Made by a program: the position numbers and the translations under genes. The notes under the pieces were generated by a model, which did no database searches, had not been told where the DNA came from, and was given only the letters and a program-made list of their open reading frames with translations. From an uncultured bacterium (GTDB taxonomy: Bacteria; Verrucomicrobiota; Verrucomicrobiia; Verrucomicrobiales; DEV007), in contig CAXBMO010000017.1 of the NCBI GenBank assembly GCA_963977015.1, positions 1 through 64,000 on the forward strand: a DNA stretch of 64,000 bases, given 5' to 3'. Below are positions 1 to 7,702 of the stretch, one piece after another. Numbering within the stretch: the first letter of the stretch is position 1; each line of letters starts with the position of its first letter.

Positions 1-29
1 ATTTTTGATGGTCTCAGACCAAGCCCCGC

Positions 30-299
30 ATGTCTACCGTTTCGGGGGAAGTTCAGAAGGAACAATTCGGAGCATCTGAATACGATGCGAAGTCTGCAGC
101 TCTTCACATCCCGTGGGTCGGTGGTCACTGCCACAATTGCTCGAAGCGAATTCCACGCGGCTGGGTGTCCTGCAAAGCTTGCGGCGCGACCAATTATAAC
201 TTTCACGGACGACCAACTCTTGCTCAGCGTTTAGGGCTCGTCCAAAATCCAGTGCTAAAAGACCAACAAGCCGAACAAGCCGGCGATGGCGACGCCTAA
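30..299 (+). CDS. Small zinc-ribbon protein (cassette 1 gene)
   Basis: CHNC...CKAC double CxxC; ORF runs into attC1 and stops inside it. Frame +1 is also open 1-234, so the frame is not certain. Confidence 0.5.
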   Translation: MSTVSGEVQKEQFGASEYDAKSAALHIPWVGGHCHNCSKRIPRGWVSCKACGATNYNFHGRPTLAQRLGLVQNPVLKDQQAEQAGDGDA

Positions 300-400
300 C
301 CGCGGCCTTGTCGAATTTCGTTTCCGGTGGTTCAATCTCTTCAACCTAGCACGGAGCGCCGCCTCGATTCGGGCGTCGCGCCATGCCTCAAACGTTCTCC
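270..400 (+). mobile_element. attC site 1 (intact)
   Basis: R'' GCCGAAC (270-276), 5-nt spacer AAGCC, L'' GGC(G)ATGG pairing with L' CCATGCC with one extra base, inner stem CGACGCC/GGCGTCG, 6-nt spacer, R' GTTCTCC (394-400). Confidence 0.85.
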
Positions 401-407
401 TCAAAAA

Positions 408-833
408 ATGTTCCTGCGATACGCTCATTCCCCATCTTGCCTCCCCGGCTGGGCGATTGGTGTTCAGCTTGTCGTTGAAACAACGGTTGGATCTCAGGAC
501 GAACAGATTAAGGAGGCATTCGTCTATACGAAAGCACTTACGACAGACGCTTACGTTAAGGCAGGGGAGCTTGGATCAGTTGTTTCCACGAACATCACTC
601 CTGCGGAGATGACCCAAGAAGACCTAGCCGAATTTTCACGGACTATCGCAAAGGTATCGATCTCACCAGGAACCTATCCTTGGGCTTCGATGGATGGAGC
701 TCTATCCTCCTTAGCTGTAGATGCTGGCGATACCTCCATGACTGCCGAGTGGAACACCGAGCATTCCGAATCATGGAAGGGACTTAATGAGCTTCACTCG
801 ATGCTGGAGCTCTTCTACAAAACTTACAACTAA
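408..833 (+). CDS. Hypothetical protein (cassette 2 gene, ~141 aa)
   Basis: ATG 7 nt after R' of attC1; stop 9 nt before R'' of attC2; no recognised motif. Confidence 0.7.
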   Translation: MFLRYAHSPSCLPGWAIGVQLVVETTVGSQDEQIKEAFVYTKALTTDAYVKAGELGSVVSTNITPAEMTQEDLAEFSRTIAKVSISPGTYPWASMDGALSSLAVDAGDTSMTAEWNTEHSESWKGLNELHSMLELFYKTYN

Positions 834-847
834 AACTACCAAGGAGA

Positions 848-2720
848 ATCGGGTAGGCCCAGGGTTTGAACCTGGGCCCCCCACACCACCGGACGTGCGG
901 GTCCGCATCCGGCGGTTCCCATCAGTCATGGATTCTCCTTCGGGCGACCTTTCGGGCCGTCGGGATACCGAATGCTGATCCACTGGTTTGCGATCGAGGG
1001 AACGCCTTGTTGATCCAGCCATTCATTGGTCATCGCGGCCCTGACTTTTGAGTTTTGGCTCATCCGCCAGGGGCCTTTCCGACTCCTACTCGCCAGGTGA
1101 ACGCTCTCACGGTTGATCCCAAGTTTGATGAGGTTGCGTCTTCGGGTGCGGGGACGTCCCCACTGTTTCCAGTAGTACAATCGCATTCGTCGGCGTAACC
1201 ATCCGTCAAGGTCTCGGGCCTCGGCGTAAGTCATTCCAGGCTGGTAGTAGTTGACCGCTCCGCGAATGAATCGCTGCAAGTCTTCCATCACTTGGCGCGG
1301 CGAAACGCCACGCGTCCGTTTGGTGATCTCACGGATTCGTTCGCTGAATCGCTTCTTGGATTTCGCGTTCCACTTGATCCGGTTCTTCACAATGGTGAAG
1401 CCGAGGAAAGTAGCGTCGCAGAGCTCGCAGACGCGACTCTTGGCGCGGTTGACGATCAATTTCAGGCGATGCTCGATGAAGTGGCTGATGCTTGCCATCA
1501 CCCTCATGGCGGCCCGTGGGCTGCGGCAGAGGATGATAAAATCATCGGCGTATCGAGCAAAGGAGTGCCCGCGTTTCTCCAACTCACGATCGAGATCGTC
1601 GAGGAGGATGTTCGCCAGAAGCGGACTCAATGGCCCGCCCTGTGGCACTCCGCTGCAAGTGGGGTCGAGTTTGCCGTTCAGCAGCACGACTCCGGCTCGC
1701 AGGTATTTTCGGATCAGGGACAGAACCCGTCTGTCTTTGATCCGGCGTTCCAGGCGCGTCATCAACACGTCATGATTGACGGTATCGAAGAACGCTTTGA
1801 GATCGCAGTCGACCACCCATTTCCGCCGCTCCACTTTGGACTTTTGCTGGACAGATCGGATCGCATCGTGCGCACTGCGCAGCGGGCGAAATCCGTGACT
1901 GCTTTCGCTGAAAGTCGGGTCATAGATCGGGGTTAGGATTTGAGCGATCGCTTGTTGGATGACGCGATCGAGCACCGTCGGGATTCCGAGCGGGCGTTTC
2001 GTGCCATCCGGTTTCGGGATTTCAACGCGTCGAACCGGCGACGGAGCATAGCTGCCATCGTTCAGTTTTCGGCGAATCGTTTCCCAATGTTGGCGCAGAA
2101 AATCGGGGAACTCCGCGATTTCCATGCCGTCGACTCCGGCTGCGCCACGGTTTGCTTTGACGCGTTTCCACGCTTCCAGCAGGTTGTCGCGAGCCAGAAT
2201 CTTTTCCAGCAGATCATCACATGAACTCGCTTTCTCTGCCTGAGCAGCGATAGGTCTGACTTCACCTGTCGGCTTCGTTGTCGGTTTCGCTGTTTCAGGT
2301 CGGTTCATCTGATTAGGTTCGGTCCTTCGCTTCCGCGTGAGTGTTCCGGTATCGTTGTTTAAGCGGGCCTCTGAAGGCCCCCGGCTCTTCGGTTCGCTAC
2401 TATGACCTCGGCTGACTTCTCCATCGGGCTTCCCCGACGGAGATCTCCCCAGATAAGGTGCTGAAACCTCCGCCACCCAACCGCCTCATTTACCTCCGGG
2501 ACTGAATGAGGGAAGTTCGCTGTGTTGTGCCAGCTCGTTCCATCCCGTCGGCCTCGGATGAGGTTCTTGTTCATCGGCTGATGGTTGTCCCATAGCCTGC
2601 CTCCCCACAATCGGTCACCCGACTGCAGTTGGCTTCTGGTAGTTCTTTTCATCTTTCAGATGTTCATTCTATAAACAGGGGACTTGAACCCCATTTGGTT
2701 TCAGCCCATGCTGGGCGTAC
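848..2720 (-). mobile_element. Group IIC (attC-targeting) intron, full length
   Basis: Minus strand starts GTACGCCCAGCATGGGC (IIC-type 5' end) and ends with DV GAACCGCCGGATGCGGACCCGCACGTCCGGTGGTG and DVI ...CCTACCCGAT; contains an RT ORF; antisense within attC R''. Boundaries +/-2 nt. Confidence 0.92.
926..2308 (-). CDS. ltrA: Group II intron reverse transcriptase/maturase, no endonuclease domain
   Basis: RT0 NRGAAGVDG, IPKPDG..RPLGIPTVLDR, SHGFRP, PQGGPLSPLLANI, RYADD, FLGF, domain X. ATG at 2308 preferred over the upstream TTG at 2476. Confidence 0.95.
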   Translation of the reverse strand: MNRPETAKPTTKPTGEVRPIAAQAEKASSCDDLLEKILARDNLLEAWKRVKANRGAAGVDGMEIAEFPDFLRQHWETIRRKLNDGSYAPSPVRRVEIPKPDGTKRPLGIPTVLDRVIQQAIAQILTPIYDPTFSESSHGFRPLRSAHDAIRSVQQKSKVERRKWVVDCDLKAFFDTVNHDVLMTRLERRIKDRRVLSLIRKYLRAGVVLLNGKLDPTCSGVPQGGPLSPLLANILLDDLDRELEKRGHSFARYADDFIILCRSPRAAMRVMASISHFIEHRLKLIVNRAKSRVCELCDATFLGFTIVKNRIKWNAKSKKRFSERIREITKRTRGVSPRQVMEDLQRFIRGAVNYYQPGMTYAEARDLDGWLRRRMRLYYWKQWGRPRTRRRNLIKLGINRESVHLASRSRKGPWRMSQNSKVRAAMTNEWLDQQGVPSIANQWISIRYPDGPKGRPKENP

Positions 2721-2854
2721 CCAAGCCGGCGCACTCAACTCGATACTCGCTTGGAGACGATTGACTTCCGTGGCTCGATTCCTTACTCTTGATTCGTGGC
2801 CGCGCTCCCAGTATCGAGCGAGCGGCCATTTACGTTCTGCCGCAGCCGATTGAA

Positions 2855-3691
2855 ATGATACCAGCACGAACTACAATGCCTTCCATTCGATCAGCTCATT
2901 GGTTAGGCGTCTCTCTCTTGATCGCTTGCGCTCCAATCTACGCAGATGGCCCTCTAAGTGTTCTCGAGCAATTGGCAAAATCCGATCCCAAGCCATTTGC
3001 AATTTTGGAGGCAAGCGGAGAGGGCACCGTGAACCGGGGGCAAGCAGTAGTGATTTCTTCGCATGGGCACGTTCTTTCGGCTGGCCACATTGCCTGGATC
3101 GAAGCTGACAAAGCCTTCGCAGAGAAGTTTCGAATCAACTTTCGAAGCAGCAGTGAAGACCGGCCAGAGGGAACAACTCACACCCACAAGTTGGAATTCA
3201 AGGACAATGAAAGCGCTACGTTTTTTGAGCACTTTTTTCCCGCAGACCTCAAGAAGCAGGAAGATTCGAGATTCATCGCTGCGGGTGATCTTGCCCTCTT
3301 CAAGATCAAGGCCGAAGGACCTTTCCCCAAATTGGATTTCTTTTCGGAGAAAAGGCCCACTTTAGAAATGGGAGACACTCTGCATCTCTGCCACTATAAT
3401 TTCCCTCATAAGGCAGGTGACCCTTTCTTCCTGATCAATCCGGTCGAAGTCGTAGGTGTTGCCCAGACATCTTGGGGAATGCAGTATCTCGCGAAAGGTT
3501 ACTACCGGATTGGCTCGAGTGGAGGGGCGATTCTCAAAGACGGTCGGCTGATTGGCATTCAGAGCTCTGCCTACACTGTAAATGCGAAGGACATTGGTGA
3601 GATTCCTCTAGGACTTGTGTCCTTCCAACTGGTGTGGAGTGGGATGTTTGACGGACAGCTGGGACCTCAGACTGACGATGTCGAAGAGTGA
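2855..3691 (+). CDS. Secreted trypsin-like serine protease (cassette 3 gene)
   Basis: Signal-peptide-like N-terminus; VLSAGH, GDLALFKI and GSSGGAI triad motifs; start at 2855 or 2876, just after R'. Confidence 0.8.
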   Translation: MIPARTTMPSIRSAHWLGVSLLIACAPIYADGPLSVLEQLAKSDPKPFAILEASGEGTVNRGQAVVISSHGHVLSAGHIAWIEADKAFAEKFRINFRSSSEDRPEGTTHTHKLEFKDNESATFFEHFFPADLKKQEDSRFIAAGDLALFKIKAEGPFPKLDFFSEKRPTLEMGDTLHLCHYNFPHKAGDPFFLINPVEVVGVAQTSWGMQYLAKGYYRIGSSGGAILKDGRLIGIQSSAYTVNAKDIGEIPLGLVSFQLVWSGMFDGQLGPQTDDVEE

Positions 3692-3719
3692 ATTCAATAC
3701 CGCAATAATCACACGATAA

Positions 3720-3906
3720 GCAGAAGCGGGTAGAAGCAGGGGTTGAACCTGCTCCCCCGTTCAATCACGCCCCATGCTGGGCACACCGTGCAGTGGTGAC
3801 CGCCCCTCCTCCGCTGCACAGTTGAATGTGAGGGTGGACGTGCCATCATGATTCATGCCCAGATGCTCGCCGCCCGCGACGATCGGGATCACTTTGGACG
3901 TTAGCC
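3720..3906 (+). mobile_element. attC site 3, interrupted by a miniature intron remnant
   Basis: GCAGA|AC CGTGC AGTGGTGA ... GATCACT TTGGAC GTTAGCC (R' 3900-3906); restored R'' GCAGAAC is complementary to the previous R' GTTCTGC. Confidence 0.75.
3725..3786 (-). mobile_element. Miniature (~60 bp) group IIC intron derivative: 5' end fused to domain VI
   Basis: Minus strand reads GTGTGCCCAGCATGGGGCGTGATTGAAC-GGGGGAGCAGGTTCAACCCCTGCTTCTACCCGCT; both ends resemble the ends of the full intron. Confidence 0.85.
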
Positions 3907-3910
3907 AAGA

Positions 3911-6151
3911 ATGAAAAACCTTCAGCACGATGGCGCGAATTGCCCGATGCATCCGCAAAGAACGAGCAACGTTAACCATCGTGGCAAGAGGTGGCGGCAC
4001 GCTATCGTGACGGCGTTCCTTTGCTGCTTTTCGGATGGCAGTCTGATCGCCAGCGAAGAGCCTCCCTTCACCGATTACTGCCAACGACTTGAGCAGGAGA
4101 TTCAAGGCCGAAAACACGGTTTCCTCGCCGGAAACGTGACCTACTACGTCGGCGGATTTCACGCCAGTTGGAAGTTGGTCGAGGATGAGACGATCGGCTT
4201 GACACACCCATTTCATCATGACCTTCGCAGTCGCGGTGCCGGCTTGGTCGAGAGCGAGCTCGAGGGCACGGAGCACACTGGAATCGGCAACGACTACCTG
4301 AACTGGGAATTCTACAAGGACACCAGGGTTCTCTACGGAAGCGTCACGATCAATGGCAAGACCTACGAGCACCCGAAACCAAAGAGCATGCGATGGCGTC
4401 CCGATCGAATGATCTGCGAATACGAGCTCGGGGACGTGACGATTCGGGAAGAGAAGTTTATCGCCGCCAACGATGCGGCTGCGTCGATCATCACGGCCTC
4501 GAAGCCGGTGACGCTCACCTTTTCCGGGCACAGCTTCTACACCCGAAACAGCAAATCTTCGTCCGCCACGATCAGCGTGGATCCAGCGAACCGAATGCTC
4601 GTAATTTCCGAGGGAGGGACCGCGAAATGCCGCCCCGATCCGGATCGGGCGGAGCGTATCGGCCCCAGCGTGTATTCCGGCATGACAACGGTGTTGCGAG
4701 CGTCCCGCGATTTCCTCGAACCCGTCAGCATCCGGAAGGATGAGGGCGGTGTTCAACACTACACCTTTTCCGTTCCCTGCGACGGCGAGGGCACCACGGT
4801 ATCCTGGGCGATGCACGATGACCGCGACTTCGCGGTTCAAGCCGCCCGTGACATCATCCGGCACGACGCGGCCTGGCTATCGGCGAAGACTGCTGAACTG
4901 AACCGGCAGCTGAACGAGGAGATCCCCTGGTTCCGATGCCCTGACAAGAAGTTGGTCGATATCTACTACTACCTCTGGTCGCTCTATCTGATGTACTACA
5001 TCGACGTCGACCGGGGCTGGGAGATGGAGAACCACACCCAGACCGCGGTGAACAACTTTCTCGGCATCCACCGTTACGATGCAGCCTTCCAGATCAAGGT
5101 CGGTGCCTGGACGACCGACAAGCCGAGGTATGCCTACGGCAACGTGCTCACCTGGAAGCATCTCACCGAGAACGACCGCTATCGAGAGCTCCCCAATGGG
5201 CTGAGGATGATCTCCGACAACAAGGGGATCTCCTGGCACAGCGGCGCCTACGGGGCGGAGACTTCCGAACACGTTCTCGGTGCCTGGCAGATCTACGAGC
5301 ACACCGGTGACACCGAGTTCCTGAAAGCGTGCTACAAGGGCCACTTCGAAAAGCTATACCGGAAACGTCTTTCGAACTTCGCGATGAACGAGTTTGAATT
5401 GGCCGAGACGCTTGAAAAGATGACCCGGGTAGTCGGGAATGCTGCCGATGTGGAACATTGGCAAGAGATGATCCGGCGTGATCCCGAACACATCCGCCAG
5501 ATGTTCGATCAGCGGTGGGAAATGAACGGAGTGCCGGCCTACTTCGCCGCCCCGAAGAACGGCATGTTGATGACCAACGCCTTCTGGGCCATGCGCTCCC
5601 GTCACTTCCCGAGGGAATACGCCAGGGAGATGGTCGATGCCTGGGCTCTCGATCGGGAGAAGGGCTTCTACGGAGAGTTCTTCCCATTGGCCATGGCCAG
5701 GCAGTCGATGCTGGCTTTCAAGACCGACGTCGATCACTCATTCGGCTACACTCCCGACACCGCCTACTTCACCCTCGATGGGATGTTCTGTCAGGGAGTG
5801 GAGGAGGCCGCCGAGCTGACGCTGAACCACCTCACCAACTACAACTACCACGACGAGTGGCAGATCCCGGTCGCGCCGGAGGCCTACAGACGGGATCTGA
5901 CGCTTTTCGGTGACCAATACTCCAACTTCAATGCGGGGAAAATCCTGCTCTATCTCGAAGGCCTCGGAGGACTGCACTACTCGCTGCTCGCCCGCCAACT
6001 CACCATCCGGCCCGCCCTGCCCAGCGCCTGGGACTGGATGGAGATTCGACTTCCCATTGCCAATCAATGGACAACCATACGATACACCAAAGACGGCATT
6101 GACGTCACCGGTTGCCCGCTTCAAGTCATCCAAGCGCCCGTCGAAAAATAG
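3911..6151 (+). CDS. Putative secreted glycoside hydrolase, (alpha/alpha)6-barrel type
   Basis: 746-aa ORF, signal-like segment, aromatic-rich, IYYYLW and C-terminal RPALPSAWDW motifs reminiscent of six-hairpin glycosidases; family not determined. Confidence 0.55.
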   Translation: MKNLQHDGANCPMHPQRTSNVNHRGKRWRHAIVTAFLCCFSDGSLIASEEPPFTDYCQRLEQEIQGRKHGFLAGNVTYYVGGFHASWKLVEDETIGLTHPFHHDLRSRGAGLVESELEGTEHTGIGNDYLNWEFYKDTRVLYGSVTINGKTYEHPKPKSMRWRPDRMICEYELGDVTIREEKFIAANDAAASIITASKPVTLTFSGHSFYTRNSKSSSATISVDPANRMLVISEGGTAKCRPDPDRAERIGPSVYSGMTTVLRASRDFLEPVSIRKDEGGVQHYTFSVPCDGEGTTVSWAMHDDRDFAVQAARDIIRHDAAWLSAKTAELNRQLNEEIPWFRCPDKKLVDIYYYLWSLYLMYYIDVDRGWEMENHTQTAVNNFLGIHRYDAAFQIKVGAWTTDKPRYAYGNVLTWKHLTENDRYRELPNGLRMISDNKGISWHSGAYGAETSEHVLGAWQIYEHTGDTEFLKACYKGHFEKLYRKRLSNFAMNEFELAETLEKMTRVVGNAADVEHWQEMIRRDPEHIRQMFDQRWEMNGVPAYFAAPKNGMLMTNAFWAMRSRHFPREYAREMVDAWALDREKGFYGEFFPLAMARQSMLAFKTDVDHSFGYTPDTAYFTLDGMFCQGVEEAAELTLNHLTNYNYHDEWQIPVAPEAYRRDLTLFGDQYSNFNAGKILLYLEGLGGLHYSLLARQLTIRPALPSAWDWMEIRLPIANQWTTIRYTKDGIDVTGCPLQVIQAPVEK

Positions 6152-6204
6152 AGTGTTGCGTTTCGGCGCTTCGCTGCTTCGCTCCACAGATTTTCGCGTT
6201 AGGA
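6145..6204 (+). repeat. Possible degenerate attC remnant
   Basis: Imperfect inverted repeat (AAAATAGAGTGTTGCG / CGCTCCACAGATTTT) followed by GTTAGGA at 6198-6204; the expected R'' GGCTAAC is absent. Confidence 0.3.
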
Positions 6205-6240
6205 TTCAGCAATCCCAATTCGCGTGAGAATGGGGCCGCC

Positions 6241-7677
6241 TCAGGCGAAGACGTCCATGACGGGTTTTCCGTGCCCGTCTTTCGTCGCGAAGAAGGGACG
6301 TTTCTCGACTTCGTAAGCCGTTTTGGGACTGATGCCCATGGCGGTGAAGATGGTGGCGTGGAGATCCTCAACCGAAACCGGATTCTCGACTGCGACCAAC
6401 GGACGTTCATCGGCGGTTCGTCCGTAAAGGTGGCCGCGCTTGGTTCCGCCGCCGAACAGGGCGACGCTGGTGCCGCCGGTGAAGTGGCGATGGAGCCCGT
6501 AGTGCTTGAGTTCGCCGAGTTGATCGGCGCGAGCGCGGGACTGGTCCTTGGCGTTGGAGCCGGGAACGCCTTCAATCATCATGTCGCGGCTGAATTCGCT
6601 GGCGATGACGACGAGGGTGTTTTCGAGCATGCCACGTTGTTCGAGATCGAGGATGAGCTGGGCGATGGGGCGATCGATCTCGTCTTTGAGACGCTTGACG
6701 GTGGTGTGGCCGTTTTCGTGGGTGTCCCAGTGGACGAAGGGGATGTACTCGGTGGTGACCTCGACAAAGCGCGCGCCTTCTTCGACGAGACGACGCGCGA
6801 GGAGGCAACCGCGACCAAAGCGGCCGGTGTCGTAGCGGTCGCGAGATTCCACGGGCTCAAGCGTGAGATCGAAGGCTGCCTTCTCCCGCGATTGCAGGAG
6901 GCGATGAGCCGCGTCCATGGAGCGAAGCATGGACTGCTGCTGATAGTCGCTCATGAATTCGCGATTCGGGTTTTGATTGATGAGCTTCTGGTAATGGCGA
7001 TAGCGGTTGGCGAAGCGCCCGGGTTCCATGCCCTTGGGCGGCTGCACGGAGCGGACGGCGTCTTCCGGGTAGGGCAGGTTCATCGGTCCATATTCGGTGC
7101 CGAAAAAACCACCGGTGGTGAAGGCTTTGAGTTCTTCCTTCTCGCCAACGCCTTCGAGGCGCTGACCGATGTTGATGAAGGGCGGCATGATCGAATTCCT
7201 GGGGCCGAGCACCTTGGCCATCCAGGCTCCGAGATGAGGCGCGGCGACGGTCAGCGGCGGGACATAGCCGGTGTGCCAGTGGTATTGGTGCCGGGAATGA
7301 AGGATGTGGCCGAGGTCCGGCTGAACGGCGGAGCGAATAAGCGTTCCGCGATCCATCACCTGGGCGATGTTCTCCATCCCCTGGGTGAGCTTGATGGGAT
7401 CGACGGCGGAATCGATGGCCGGGAAGGTGCTGAGGATCCGGTCGACATCGAGCCCTTTCTCAAACGGGAGATAGCGTTTGGGATCGAACGTGTCCGGTGC
7501 GGCCATTCCACCGGCAAGCCAGATGAGGATGCAGGAATCCGCCTTGGCGGGCGGATGAACCACGTTCCCGGAGTTGGCCCAGGCACGGGTTCCGGTCGTT
7601 CCCAAGGCGGCGAGGGACGCGGCGCCCAACTGCTTGAGCAGGTCGCGACGGGCGAGGTTTTCTTCGTGGGTATCCAT
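6241..7677 (-). CDS. DUF1501 domain protein
   Basis: Tat-like RRDLLK, LIWLAGG...DTFDPK, CLLARRLVEEG, WDTH, SEFSR, DLHATI. Confidence 0.9.
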   Translation of the reverse strand: MDTHEENLARRDLLKQLGAASLAALGTTGTRAWANSGNVVHPPAKADSCILIWLAGGMAAPDTFDPKRYLPFEKGLDVDRILSTFPAIDSAVDPIKLTQGMENIAQVMDRGTLIRSAVQPDLGHILHSRHQYHWHTGYVPPLTVAAPHLGAWMAKVLGPRNSIMPPFINIGQRLEGVGEKEELKAFTTGGFFGTEYGPMNLPYPEDAVRSVQPPKGMEPGRFANRYRHYQKLINQNPNREFMSDYQQQSMLRSMDAAHRLLQSREKAAFDLTLEPVESRDRYDTGRFGRGCLLARRLVEEGARFVEVTTEYIPFVHWDTHENGHTTVKRLKDEIDRPIAQLILDLEQRGMLENTLVVIASEFSRDMMIEGVPGSNAKDQSRARADQLGELKHYGLHRHFTGGTSVALFGGGTKRGHLYGRTADERPLVAVENPVSVEDLHATIFTAMGISPKTAYEVEKRPFFATKDGHGKPVMDVFA

Positions 7678-7702
7678 GAGAAGTCGGGGTTGGAAGACGG
7701 GG

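Larger units (their letters stand above)
843..2840 (+). mobile_element. attC site 2, split by the group II intron (GGAGA 843-847 plus 2721-2840)
   Basis: Removing the intron gives GGAGA|CC AAGCC GGCGCACT ... CTCGATACT/AGTATCGAG stem ... AGCGGCC ATTTAC GTTCTGC (R' 2834-2840), the same register as attC1. Confidence 0.8.

Noticed and set aside
926-2476. RT as a retron, DGR or defence-associated RT
   Set aside because: DV/DVI, a IIC 5' end, RT0 and domain X identify a group II intron; no template/variable repeat pair or msr-msd was seen.
2629-2680. Outward-facing promoter inside the intron 5' region
   Set aside because: The region is AT-rich and such promoters are reported for IIC-attC introns, but I could not find a convincing -35/-10 pair with proper spacing.
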